Shown: positions 1-14,000 of the stretch, in pieces
How the letters are laid out: every line of letters begins with the position of its first letter
Position numbering within the stretch: the stretch's first letter is position 1
Assembly: GCF_035084215.1 (NCBI RefSeq)
Contig: NC_090350.1
Location: 37,386,001-37,450,000, forward strand
From: Heptranchias perlo
Lineage: Eukaryota
Direction of reading: 5' to 3'
DNA: 64,000 nt
Translations under genes and position numbers: made by a program
Notes under the pieces: model-generated
What the model saw: the letters and a program-made list of their open reading frames with translations, nothing else
Database searches by the model: none
Told to the model about the DNA's origin: nothing

Positions 1-1138
1 CCAAGTAAGGCTATCATTGAAACACTCAGGCTCCAAATGAATCTGTTTCACCACCTTGTGCACAAGCTTGACATTGCATGATGATTTTTATTCAATTTAC
101 ACTTATATAGCACCTGTGCACAGTGAAATATCCCCAGGCACATCACAAAGAGGTGGATTGGATATCAAGCAGGAGAAGAGAGATTAGAGGAGATAATCAA
201 GGGCGTGATTGACGAGGTAGGTTTCGAGGTGGTGTGGAGAGATGTGGCATGACATTACATAGGGGTACAGTATAAATGCAAAATACAATAACCAAATAGA
301 ACTAATTTCTTTCAATGCTGGGAACAGAGGATCTAAACAAAGGAGAACTAGAAACATGCACAGTACCATCCATGAAGCAGAACAGGCGGTAGCACATTAT
401 CAAGCCCTACAAAAACTTTAACAGGTAACCATACTGAAACCAGCAGCACTTACAGTGACCTATAATGCCCTTCATGTTTTGATATGGAAAAATACAAAGC
501 ATTGCTGCAGCATTTACAAGAGAAAACAAAAACCCTCATTTCATAAAACACCCACTACTACAGTGTCACAAAACAAATGTGAATCAATGATTCATTCCTA
601 AATGAAATTCTGTGAATTAATTTCATTTTACTTCCCCTGATTAGAACAGTGGCTACACTTCAAAAATACTTAATTGGCTGTAAAGCATTTTGGGAAGTCC
701 TGAGATCGTGAAAGGCATTATAAAGATATATGTTTTTTCCTACCTTATTGCTAATCAATAGGGAGCTGTTGTCTCAATCAGATTTCAAAGTATTAGTGGT
801 GCTGGCAACTTTAGACTTCTTGCACCCATTACAAATGCAATATCATCACTAGTATTTATTATTAGCAACACACGGCAGGAAAAATTGTACTTATTGTCGT
901 GCAATACACACCTTCTGTGACCTGTTTAATTCATTACCTGAAATACTAATAATAATAACCACCGCCATTACCACCTGTAACCACCAATATTTCACAACAA
1001 CTTGTACTTACTTGATGCCATTAAACATCCAAAGGACTTTTTGAGGGGGTGGGGGAAGGAGTAGAAGCAGATAAGGGAATAGGATTCCGCAGCTCAGCAT
1101 GCTCTCTGAAGCCATCACCCAAGTTTAGAAGAGCAATA

Positions 1139-1323
1139 GGGTGGATTTTCAACTTGCCGTTGGGTGTAAAACAGGTGTAGTGGATCAAATGCCCATTATA
1201 GAATCAGCCCAGTTTGCAATTCCATTTAATTCAATAGATATGAAAAACTGTGCAGTTTCTAAAACGTGCAGCCAATCTGTAACGCTAGCGTTAAACCCGA
1301 ACGGCAAGTTGAAAATCTACCCC
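1139..1323. mobile_element. MITE of about 185 bp with roughly 25-bp terminal inverted repeats
   Basis: GGGTGGATTTTCAACTTGCCGTT ... AACGGCAAGTTGAAAATCTACCC in TA-rich flanks. Confidence 0.75.
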
Positions 1324-2793
1324 TATAGCTATGATTGCAGTGGTGGGTATTTTGTTCACAGTTCAAGTGGACATAATGGGCCAAATTTTGCAGTAGCAGG
1401 GCATCTAATAGCACCTGCCATTAGTTAGACTTGCCCTTGCACGTTAAGGTTTTAAAATTTTTTTGTGTGGCGACTTGCTGAAAGTGCGAGCTGATAACAG
1501 CGCAGCGAGGCAAACAGGGCAAACAACTATGTATCTCCTTAACCAACGAGATTGAAGGATTGTGATTTTAACAGCACAAGGACCGAGAAGGAAGTATAAG
1601 TTAGAATGGGTGAATTCAATGTCAAATCAGGTACAGAAAGAGAAATAAAGAGATGGAAAGAAAGATTGGATTGAGAGAGAGAGAAAAAAAAGAGACAGAA
1701 AGGAAAACTTTTTAAAAATTTAAATTTAAATTAAAAATGTTATATTTTTAAAATCTCTGACAACATTTAAAACCTGAAGGAATGAGACTCCACACTTGTA
1801 ATAGTTAATTTTCAGTGCCAGAGAGGTTGACTGGCAGTAATTAACGGTTATTACGTTGTTAAAAAGATAAAGGGAGGATTTGTGCAGGTATCAGAAGCAG
1901 CAAGTGACAATTGTGGGCAGTTCTTTTCCAAACACAATTCCCAATAATGCAGGAGGAATTAAACATGGACAATATTTCACTCTTTGACAAGTCTACATAC
2001 TTTTAGCTGAAAACAGAACAAGGTTGCCATGGAACAAGGTTGCTGTCCCCCCATTCAAAGATGCTGCTTGTGGACCAGAGCAAACGTGGGGAATATAAAA
2101 GTAGAAGGGGAATTAAATCCTGGGAAATTGCTTCAAATTGTAGTTGCAATATTTAATTTTGGCACTAGAGGGTGCAAATGCACCTTAAGAGTTCTCAAGT
2201 CTCTATAATAGCCAAGTTGATCTGCCATCCCTATCTGGCACCATTAGGTAGGACACATTAGGGTGGGGGGGGGGGGGGTACTTCTTAATCTGATAATTAA
2301 TCCCTCTGTCACCTCTGGTCTTCAGCCTCCCTTTTTTTCTGGCGCAACCTTTCTCATCATAGAATGTTACAGCACAGAAGGAGGCCATTCAGCCCATCAT
2401 ACCTGTGCCGGCTCTTTGAAAGAGCTATCCAGTTAGTCCCGCTCTTCTCCCATTGCCCTGAGAAATGTTTCCTTTTTTAGCATATATTCAATTACCTTTT
2501 GAAAGTTGTCTATAATATCAATACTATCATCAGTGTAATGCTATACTACTCTGTACTCTCCTGACAAAGTCTAAATATACCTTTGTACACCTTCACTGTG
2601 TTCAAATCAAGATCTATCATATATGACTACTCTAATTCATTCTTTCCTGGAATTTTTAAATTGTGGAACTCCTCATTACAGTTTTACCAGGCTCCCCATG
2701 ATCCACAATTGTACATCTTGCGTTGTGTAGCCCAGGACTAACAATTACTCTATTTAGCAATAAATACTGTGTACTGGAATAAACATAGTATAC

Positions 2794-3380
2794 CCCTCCA
2801 GAGACTTGAGCACAAAATCTAGGCTGACACTCCCAGTGCAGTACTGAGGGAGTGCTGCACTGTCGGAGGTGCTGACTTTTGGATAAGACGTTAAACCGAG
2901 GTCCCATCTACCGTCTCATGTGGACATAAGAGATCCCTTGGCACTATTTAAAAAAGAGCAGGGGAGTTCTCCTGGTGCCCTGGCCAATATTTATTTTCAA
3001 TCAACATCACTGAAACAGATGATCTGGTCATTATCACATTAACGGCAATTGATACTAGCTCAATTGCTAAATTTAAATCTGAGATAGATAGCTTTTTGGC
3101 AACCAAAGGTATTAAGGGTTATGGGCCAAAGGCAGGTATGTGGAGTTAGATCACAGATCAGCCATGATCTTATCAAATGGCGGAGCAGGCACAAGGGGCT
3201 GAATGGCCTACTCCTGTTCCTATGTTTCCTATGTAACTATGCTGTTTGTGGAACCTTGCTGTGCGCAAACTGGCTGCTGCGTTTCCTATGTTACAACAGT
3301 GACTACACGTCAAAAGTACTCCATTGGCTGTAAAGCACTTTGGGATGTCCTGAGAGCATGAAAGGCGCTATATAAATACA
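2794..3380 (+). mobile_element. Deu-domain tRNA-derived SINE with a nested CR1 3' end (about 3043-3236)
   Basis: CAGTACTGAGGGAGTGCTGCACTGTCGGAGGTG...GAGCAGGGGAGTTCTCC core and GGCGCTATATAAAT tail shared with many copies in the window. Confidence 0.8.
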
Positions 3381-3555
3381 TCTCCTGTCAATTGAAAAGG
3401 TGGAAAATATCAAGCATTAGACCCACCCTGTACAACTAAAATCACTGATTCAATTTATTTACATAAACAAAGACATTCGGCAAATACTATACAACACAAC
3501 AAATGTCTGTGAAGACTCTAGAAACAGAACACAAAGAGTTCTTACCTTTTTCCAA

Positions 3556-4212
3556 GTGTTAGCTTGGCTCAGTTATGCCACAGTTGCAATTGAATCAGTA
3601 ATGTTATAGGTTCGAGCCCTATCTCTAACTTGAGCACATAATCTAGGCTGATACTTCAGTGCAGTGCTGCATGGTCAGAGATGCTGTTCTTTGAACAAGA
3701 TGAGATGTTAAGGATCCCATGGCAATAATTGCAGCGCAGGGAGTTCTCCCTGGCAGACATTCTTCCTGCAAATAGCAGCACCAAAACAAATTATCTAGTC
3801 ATTCATTCATTTGATGTTTACATAGACACATTAACTGTGTATAAATTGGCAATCAAGTTTGCCTGCATAACAAGTAATTGCACTTCAAAAAAAATAATAA
3901 ATTCTCTGTAAAGGGAAGATTAGGAGTTTTTTTTAAGCAGCGAGTTGCTATGATCTGGAATACACTGGCTGAAGGGATGGTGGAAGCAGATTCAATAGTA
4001 ACTTTCAAAATGGGAATTGGATATATAATTGAAAAGGAAAAAATTGCAGGGGTATGGGGAAAACATAGGGGAGTGAGACTAATTGGATAGCTATTTCAAA
4101 GAGCCGGCACAGGCACGACGGGCCGAACGGCCTCCTTCTGTGCTGGAAGATTCTATAAAGAGCTTGTGACGGCCGAAGGACAAAAGATGCTATAAAAATG
4201 CAACTTTTCTTT
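3556..4212 (+). mobile_element. Deu-domain SINE with a nested CR1 3' end (about 3913-4157)
   Basis: tRNA-like head (TGGCTCAGT...GGTTCGAG), diverged core, CR1 tail inserted in the SINE tail. Confidence 0.7.
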
Positions 4213-5816
4213 CAGTTCAGCAAATTCTCTCTTCCTTTTAGTTTCTCGAAATGGGAAAGTTTCTTAGGATGAAACTGATGACCTTGTTATGCCTTGAAGG
4301 AGGTTATGCTGATACAGTTAAAAGAGGTTTGAGTGGAGCATGAAACACCAGCATGGTAGTTGACATATGAAATCCAAGAAATCATTGAAAAATTAATTAT
4401 ATTTTGAAAATCATTTCTGGCTGCAAAATCTGAGCAATCATTTCAGTATTCAACAAAATGAATGGAATCAACCATCACATCTCAGGGCTAGTCACAGTTT
4501 AAAAAATTTTACTGAAATCCAACAGAACATAAACTCCTTTTTAATCCTTCCTTCCAGTCTTTACTTGATTTCACTTTTCGATTTACCCCTTTTCATTTAC
4601 TCAGCCTTGGTGCCCTGCACTTTGCTTTCAGCTCAGTTTCTAATAAAGTCAGAAAAAAAAGTGGCAAAGGAGACCATAGCAAATAACGCTTCGGATAGAA
4701 GTTTGTACTCATCCTCCTAGCCAACATTCCCCTGCAGTACAAAGGGAATGCTGCATTTCGTCCTTCAGATGCTCAGATTCAAGTTAATCCTTCTCTGCTT
4801 ATTCCAATGGATGTTAAAGATCACACTGGCACTATTTGAAGAGCAGGCAGTTAGCCTGGAGTCTGAGCCAACATTCTTCCCTCAACTGACAGCACCAATA
4901 AAAAAAAATAGATTAACTGGTCATTAATCACATGGCTGTTTATGGAACAAGGCTGGTGCAGAAGAGCTGCCAAGTTATTGGGCTTCAAAAATAATTTGTG
5001 AAAAGCCTTTTGATGTAATAATTACATTTATTTAATGCCTTATTTGTATAATAAGGCCAAACTGAAGCCAGATAAATAATAACACACCCCTTTCTCCAAA
5101 TCCAGTAGGATATGTTTTGCTTTCCACCACCCTTCAAAGACCTTCTAAGAAGTACTCCACTGACTGATGACTTAACTGTCACAGATCAGCTTTTGTGCAA
5201 TGTTGAATTGGGAGGCAATCATATGATTTTCCAGACTACAGGGGAGAGGGAAGTGCCTCCATGCAGCAATTTTCCTTGGGTAGATGAATTGCCTAATCTC
5301 GAAGGCATACAAAGGGAAAAACAAATGGTCGGTTTGAAAATTATCCTTAGAAGCCAACTTAGATGAGCTTATGTCTAACCCTGTTATATTATTGGTGCAT
5401 ATCTAAAACTGCTTTGCATCGACAAAGGTGATCCCCAATCGTTGCTCTGACTGCATTAAAGCCATGAGGTGTGTAACCAGCTCCAGCATGTAGGCTCTCA
5501 CTACTCAGGGTTTGCATTGGGTGTGATGACTTTGCACCAAACTAGTGTGTTTATTTAAATATAGGTCCCAGGTGGCCCACACAGGGCCAGCTGGACAATT
5601 CTTTAAAACAGGCTAAGGGCCGACACTTCTGATCACTCGAACTAAAAATTAAGCTGCCAGGGAGTGGCAAGCATAGGCAGAGTTCCTTTATCGATCAGTG
5701 CAACAATGGAACTCGAGACTGCCAGGTGCACATCGCACTATACAGGACTGGTAGCTGTAGTATAATGGCACCTTTACTCACTGCCTTAGTATAAAATGAA
5801 TGCAAATATACACAGG

Positions 5817-5853
5817 CAACACCCACACACATTCAGGGCAGGGGACATTTATT
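5817..5853 (-). terminator. Probable distal polyadenylation signal of STX12 (3'UTR about 2.1 kb)
   Basis: AATAAA on minus at 5848-5853 followed by a GU-rich element (TGTGTGTGGGTGTTG); further AATAAA hexamers near 6271 and 6434. Confidence 0.5.
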
Positions 5854-7941
5854 CATAACAATGCCAAAATCAAATAGCCAAATGTTGGCTTTTTCATAAA
5901 CTATTGTGATACAATGCAAAATACAGAGAATGGAATGGCTTACATCAGAGCAGACATTTAGATTTCAATTTCCTACTGAGCATGGCCACAAAACAAAGGA
6001 ATTCAACAAAGCTGATGGCTGTTGGTTATTTGTATTGCGTTCTACAAAACAATGGGGTGTAAAGATATTGCAAGGATTTACATTTGATCTGTGACAATTT
6101 GTTGGGAAAAGCACTTTTGAAAAACAGATTATCCTGGTACTGCTAGAGGTTCTATTTTTACATCGAGAAATATGCATGATTAGACTAGACAAGGAAAAAA
6201 TCTGGTAAATGACACCCAATTTTACACTGAACTTTTTTGCTTCTTTAAATTTTCCTTTACTCTGGAGATGTTTATTCATTTCCACCCATCCTCTTGCAGA
6301 TGAAGCAGAATTGCATCATAGCTTGCGACATCTTCTCCATCCCCAACTGGAGGCTCTAGTGCTTAGTAGCAAATCCTGAAATGTCTTGCTTACTCCCACA
6401 GAAGGTTGAAATAAAGCTTTTTGTAAAAAAATCTTTATTGGTCTGACTGGGAACAGACAAGAAAAAAAAACTCAGATGCTAGTGGAGTGTAAATCCACAA
6501 ATCATCTATATGAAGCTTTACATTGTCAGACCAATTTTCACAGCTCTGTTATAGCCCAAGTAGAATAATCAGCTTGCCCCACAAGTGCACATCCAGCCAG
6601 CTAATCACAAAGCTCTGCTGATGACAGTCACGTGGTGGTTTAAACTCCAAGATAATCTCACTGTTCCAACTGAGCTGCATGGTGGTAAGAGAAAGTACAG
6701 AGGAACAATTAAGTCTTTTTAAAAAAAAAAAAAATCACACATGCCAACAGTTCTGGTGTACTGGTATGTCAGGCAGACACTGATGGTTTTATAGAAGAGG
6801 TGAAAGGAAGTTTAAGGGCAATAGAATTGGTTCCCTATTCCCATGCAGTAAAACTGCAGTTCCTGCTATTTCTGCACCCCTACATTTGGAAATAAGCCAT
6901 AACACAAAGAAAATCACTAAAATATATTAATTTGTTTTATGCAGAACTCTATCAAGCCATGCACGAGATAAATGGCCCTGCTACTGACAAGTTAGTCTCG
7001 CCAAGGAGGAGAACTGGTTTCACATTTTTCCACTATTGACATCACAAGCCCTTTGCTTTGATCTTGGAATGCAGTCATAAGAAAACTAAAGTACAAAAAT
7101 GATTGAAACAAAGTATTCTGGAAGACTGATATACAGGTGAAGGTTTGCAACGCACAACTCAGGTTATATTAGTAAACTAAGGAGGAACAAAAAGAATGGT
7201 ATTAACCAACTCAAATCTATTTGATAGCAACAGTTCAAAACAGTTCTATTACAGTAAGGATTCTGTACTCTGCTTTCATATCACTGGCCAATCATTGGTC
7301 TAATGTTTGCCATTAAAAATTACATTGCAGCAAAATCCACCAAGATGTAATGATATTGCTATGACAAGATGCCAAAAGGATTGATATTTCTATTGTCGAT
7401 AATCCATATTTTACTTTAGCCAAATTTAGGACAAAGTATGTTCAACAAGGAAATTACATCATAGTGGCATTTGACCGGGAGGGGAGGAGAGAAGCAGAGA
7501 AGTGGTTGCAGTTTCCTGACTCGCAAAATTGATAAAAAGGATCATTGCCATGTTAGACTCCCCCAAGGGTAAAATCTGGCCGAGTGACATTGAAAATCCA
7601 AACCACTTGCACGTTACTACAAACTGCATTTGATGATATAGCTTCACAGGCCAACTTTCATTGCTTTAAGACAAGTAGCATATTTTTAATTTACAGTGCA
7701 CAAACATACAGAAACAAAGGGTAAATATTACATTAACTGATTATTTTGTACAAACTCATAATGTTTAACCACTTTTTTCTTTCTAGGTGTTGGGTCTCAT
7801 TTCATGAAATTCCACAAATTCGTAAGCTACACACCCTTAAAGTGAACTGGCTGAGAAGAGAATTGTCCATTGACTTCAGTTGGAGTACAATTCCAATGTT
7901 CCCATGTAGAGAGGAGCAGTAGTATTTTGCATGGAAGCTCT

Positions 7942-8034
7942 TTATTTGGCTGCCCACCAGATGATAAGGCCCAAAATGACACCGACCACTGCAAGAACTG
8001 CAATCAGGATGCACACTTTCTTGCGGGATTTTTT
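7942..8034 (-). CDS. STX12: STX12 last coding exon ([30 protein letters not shown]), tail anchor
   Basis: TTTCAG acceptor; basic cluster then hydrophobic TM helix and TAA stop. Confidence 0.92.
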   Translation of the reverse strand, partial: KKSRKKVCILIAVLAVVGVILGLIIWWAAK

Positions 8035-11000
8035 CTGAAAATGCAAAAATACAAAGCAAGTCAATTTTATTCTGTGCTCAACACCAGTGATGTTATTACT
8101 GGAGAACGAACACCTTCCACATAAGCACCCACTACCAGCATCAAGCACTCCTATATCGTATAGTACTATTACATGTTGAGTAGCTCTGTCTCAATGTGCC
8201 CAAACCTGAATCCAAATAGTAAACCTCCAATTGTACCAGTAAGACATTTTACTTTTTCCTACAGTTGCAATAATGAGGCCCCTCAAAGAAATTGACTAAT
8301 TAGAGGGAAGTGTAGTGGATCTATGTCCACTAGGAAGTGGGTCGAGAGACTTCTGTTTTAAATAAAAGATACTGAAGGTAAGGCTTACTCTATGAAAATA
8401 AGCAACATACAATTGATAAAAAGCAAATGAGCACCCATTACATTCAGAAGTGGAAAATGAAGCTGAAGGGATTTATGTGTTATCTGATGTAAGGCTATAA
8501 CCTGTTGTAAAATAATTACATAAGAGGTGATGACATTTGGAATTTAGAGTAAAGTAGTAATAGGTTTGTATAAAATATTGGTTAAGCCACAGTTTGAGTA
8601 CTGTGCACAGTTTTGGGCACCCCATTACAGAAATATTAAAGCCATAGTCAGCTTATAGCATAGATTCACCAAGATGATGCCAGGGATGGGAAATTACAGT
8701 TCTTAGGAGAGACTTGACATACCAAGACAATTTCCTTTGAAGCAGAGGCAGCTAATAGAAGGTTTAATAGTGGTTTTTAAAATTGTGAAGGATTTGGATA
8801 GGGTAAATAGGGCAAGGCTATTTCCTAGGTTCAGGAGTCAGTGACGAGGGGTCAATTTAAATCCGTTATTAAGAGTCGGGAGAAGTTAGGGGAAATTTCT
8901 TTATGCAGCAGGTTATTGGAGCATGGACTGCTTTGCCACAGAGTGGTTGAGGCAGAGACCATTGCCTCTTAAGGGAAAATTGGGAAAAATATTTGAAACA
9001 GAGGGAGACAGATCTATAGTAAATAAGAGAGGTGGTGCGATTAGTTTTAAATTGTTCTAGCAAAGAGCTGGCACATACACGATGGGTCAATTGGGCCTTC
9101 TCCTGTGCAGCAAACCTCTATGGTTCTAAAAGCTCAGAAGAACAATGACCAAAGTATACAGCTTATGAGGATATTATGGGTGGTAAACTTGCAATTTGGA
9201 AGGAAATTACTACGGCTGGGGAGTACCTGGTGTGCAATTTGTTAGAGTAAACAGCGTAATCCTACCTGATAATAAGCTGCCCTCTGCAACTGGTGAGTTC
9301 CTTGGTCAACATGTACTTCTGCACTCTCCACATGCGCTTCTATGCTATCTGTAGGAAACAACAGGGAAGAGCTTCAACTGAATACAAAGCTTTAGACACA
9401 AATAGCACAGAGCAATTGTGTTTGAAAAAAATCATCCAGTTCCTTTGTGATAATGGACCCACGTTACAATTACAACAGTGACTACACTTCAAAAGTACTT
9501 AATTGGCTGTCAAGCACTTTGGGATGGCCTGAGGTCGTGAAAGGTGCTATGTAAATGCAAGTCTTTGGTCTCTTTTTAACTTGGCAATCACACTCAGAGG
9601 CCATAGGATGGCTGGTGTTGAAAATGGAAAAAGGTCACACCTCTCAAGTTTGGACCAATACACATTGGCTCTGCAGAGCCAAAAGAAGCTTTACTCAGCA
9701 TCAAACAGTGCTGTAGCTGACCTGGGAGTCAGTGATGCTGACACAGGGAGTTCAACTTCACAGCATCAACACAAGAGGATGAACCCAAAAAGTGAACAAA
9801 GGAAAGTATTCAAGATAATTAATGGAAGGTAGCATTTACCAATCATATCTCCTTGATCATGGATCATCATTGCTAAGTCTTTAAAAATCTGGTTGACATC
9901 CAAGATGTTAGCCTGGACAAGAGAATGAAGTATTTTGAACAAACTGCTTAAGCAATCAGAGAAAATATATGCAATTCAAAGCAGACATCAAAAATTCTTA
10001 ATAAGTACTGATTTAAATTTTGCTGGTCGTTTTAATTCACTTTACAAAGACCATTTCCAGTATTGGTGAATTTGACTCTACATAAAATACATTCCATGTC
10101 TGGGAAATGTAGGGCAGCAGGTAAAGGGACAGGATGCACTATATAATGCTCAGTACATTTAAGATTGAAATGCCAAAGGGACTGTTCTCTGCAGTATTAA
10201 CTTTTTATGAGGTGGAAGGCAAAACAAAAAGACACTAGTTCAATTAAAATCTGAAGTTATAGAAGCAACAACTCACTGCTCACAGCAGACAAGACATAAG
10301 CCTGATTTCTCTTTCATCCTCCCCAAAAGCTACAAGGGAATGAATTTTAAAAAAAAATAGAAGTATAGATTCAAATGCAAGGATACCAAGAGATCTGTGA
10401 CCTCTGCAAGCAAAAGCTTATAATTAGTAGAAATTAACAGAATTTATCATTATTCAGTCAGCATGTATTATGTTTGTAACCCATACACAAGTACTTATAC
10501 ACATATTAATGTATGAATAAAAAAAAACAAACCTCAAGTTGCCGGATTGCAGTCTCTCGCTCCTTGATGAGTTCCAGGTCTTCTTCAGTTATTGCCACAT
10601 CTTGAGACTGAGCTTGTGCCTGACTCCAGTCTTCATTACTAAGAAAATAAAAGTATAACTCCTACAGCACAGCTTTGAGCATTTTGATGCAAGTTATAAG
10701 ATTTTCTATTTTTCAGCCATATAAAATGATACCAATCCTATGGAGATAGAAAATTGTTGTTCTTTGGTGTTGTGTTCACCAAGGTACAGGATGTTAGTGC
10801 TGCAGAATAGACTATTGTAGGGCATGGAGGCAATTGAAGTTTCCCACATTTTACCCCAATTGCTTAATTCAAATCTCAAAAGCAACCCTACTACAGCAGA
10901 AAGAATTTTTTTCCCTCATTCCAACATCAGGCATCTTTCCCATCTTATCTGAGTCACAGCACCTATTTGATGAAAATTTGCAGCCAAACCACTAGGAACT

Positions 11001-14000
11001 AGAATCAGAAAGGTTACAGCACGGAAGGAAGCCATTTGGCAGAGTCTGCGCCGGCTCTATGCAAGAGCAATCCAGCCAGTCCCACTCCCCCATCCTATCC
11101 ACGTAGCCCTGCAATTTTTTTCCCTTTCAAGTACTTATCCTGCTCCCTTTTGAAGGCCATGATTGTATCTGCCTCCAACACCCCCTCACGCAGTGCATTC
11201 CAGATCCTAACCACTCGCTGTGTTTAACAAAAAGTTTTTCCTCATGTCACCTTTGGCAAAAGAATCAATCACCTTAAATCTGTCCTCTGGTTCTTAACCC
11301 TTCCGCCAATGGGAACAGTTTCTCTATCTACTCTGTCTAGACCCTTCATGATTTTGAATACCCCTCTCAAATCGCCTCGCAATTTTCTCTGTTCCAAGGA
11401 GAACAACCCCAACTTCTCCAGTCTGTCCACGTAACTAAAGTCCCTCAACCCTAGAATCATTCTAGTAAATCTCTTCTGCTAAGAGATCTTTCCTAAAATG
11501 CAGTGCCCAAAACTGGACATAATACTCCAGTTGTGGCCAAACCAGTGTTTTATAGAGGTTCACCATGGCTTCCTTGCTTTTGTACTCTATGCCTCTATTT
11601 ATAAAGCCCAGGATCCGGTATGCTTTTTTAACCACTATCTCAACCTGCCCTGCCACCTTCAATGATTTGTGCACATATACCCCCAGATCTCTGTTCTTGT
11701 ACCCCTTTTAAAATTAGTTTATATTGCCTCTCATTCTTCCTACCGAAATGAATCACTTCGCATTTTTCTGTGTTAAATTTCATCTGCCACGTATCCACCT
11801 GCCTGTCTATACCCTCTTGAAGTCTATCACTATCCTCCTCACTGTTCACTACACTTCCAAGTTTTGTCATCTGCAAATTTGGAAATTGTGCCCTGTACTC
11901 CCAAGTCCAAGTCATTAATATATCAAGAAAAGCAGTGGTCCTAGTACCGACCCCTGGGGAACACCACTGTACACTTCCCTCCAATCTGAAAAACAGCCCA
12001 CCACTACTCTGTTTCCTGTTACTTAGCCAATTTTGTATCCATGTTGCTACTGCCCCCTTTATTCCATGGGCTTCAATTTTGACAAGCCTATTATGTGGCA
12101 CTTTATCAAACACCTTTTGAAAGTCCATATACACAGTTTCAATCACACGGTCCTCATCTACCCTCTGTTACCTCATCAAAAAACTAGTTAGTTAAATACT
12201 ATTTGCCTTTAACTAACTCGTGCTGGCTTTCCCTAATCAATCCACACATGTCCAAGTGACTGCTAATTCTGTCCCAGATTATCGTTTCCAAAAGTTTCCC
12301 CACCACCAAGGTTAAACTGACTGGCCTGTTGTTGCTGGGTTTATCCTTGCACTCTTTTTTGAACAAGGGTGTAACATTTGCAATTCTCCAGTCCTCTGAC
12401 ACCACCCCCGTATCTACAGATGTTTGGAAGATTATGGCCAGTAGCTCCGCAATTTCCACCCTTACTTCCCTCAGCAACCTAGGATGCATCCCATCCAGAC
12501 CGGGTGACTTATCTACTTTAAGTACAGCTGGCTTTTCTAGTACCTCCTCCATCAATTTTTAGCCCATCCAATATCTCAACTACATCTTCCTTTACCGAGA
12601 CTCTGGCAGCATCATCTTCCTTGGTAAAGACAGATGCAAAGTACTCATTTAGTACCTCAGCCACGCCCTCTGCCTCCATGAGTAGATCTCCTATTGATCC
12701 CTAAAATCGGCCCCAACCCTCCTCTTACTACCCGTTTAGGTTAAGATGACCTCAAATATATGTTCATGCAGTATACCCATACAGCCAGAGGGAGGCAGCC
12801 TTCTTCCAAGCAATCTGAGGTAGATTTGTAAACAGATTCCAAAAGTGAAAGAAAATGTGCTATTTCCATTTCAGCACTCCACCCAAATATTTTAAAGCAA
12901 GAATGTTTTACAAAGAGCTTGTGTGATTATAAGTTCACATCTTTACCTTTCAAATGATACAAGTTGTTCTTCTTTATGTTCATCATCACTGAAACCACTC
13001 TGGAAACAGATAAATTTTAGTAACAAAAGAGCTACAGTGACATCTTTTATTGAGCAACAAAAGAAGGGAAGCTAAATTTGAGGATTTTGTAAGGTTGGGG
13101 CAGAGAGGATAGATAAGAAACATACAAGTTCAGAATTTGACTGAAAGTGTCCAGGTCCCATTGCAAATCACAGACAAACTCAGTGTACTAATGTGGTACT
13201 TCATTTCTGCCAGCAAGCAAAGTAGCAGAAAACTACACTAACAAGACAGCTCCATCTTAAATGAGTGTCTGTCAAAGGAAGTAGTCACTTCACTGCCACT
13301 TGCTCAAATACTAGAAGTCCTGCAACAACCTACCAAATTACAAGAAATAAAAACGAGTGTTTACAATCTTCCAGTGCAATTAAAAACAAACATTCAAAAA
13401 TTTGCAGAGCAAAATTACTGATAACTGACATTGGGCTCCCAAGTGAATAAAATGACTTGTTATTTTCCACTGTGCTACCAGATTTGCATGGATATTTCCT
13501 GCAGACATAAAACAAGCAAAAAGTGAACTGGGACCTAAGACTTACGAAATTTTCTGTTCCTAAATGTTGCTAATTGCCTTGATTTTAAGTGACCCCATTT
13601 AGAAACAGCATTTTCATCTCCCACCCCATCCTAAACGTAAAATAAGTTAAGCTAGCTGTAAAATGGCTCCATTGTGCTATACCATAGTATGGTATACTGT
13701 GGGTGTAAAGTGGGAAAGTGTTGGATGGGATTGGGGGGAGAAAGAGAGAAATATTATCTACTGTTGATCACCCTCATGCACCTATCAACAGTTCAAGAAC
13801 AACACTGGCCTAGGCCTTAACCAGACAGTGAAATGCATTTCAAGGGAATCAGTAGCCATAGATTGTTGAAACTCAGCAAACACCACAATAAAAGCAAAGT
13901 ATTTAAAAATCAAAGTATGGATACAGAAATGGTTAAGTAACAGGGAACAGTAGTGGTGAACAGTTGTTTTTCAGACAGGAGGAAAGCGTACAGTGGCGTT

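Noticed and set aside
11269-12555. Reverse-transcriptase-like ORFs as an active gene or a retron-like system
   Set aside because: Frameshifted, 5'-truncated CR1 LINE remnants, typical genomic debris.
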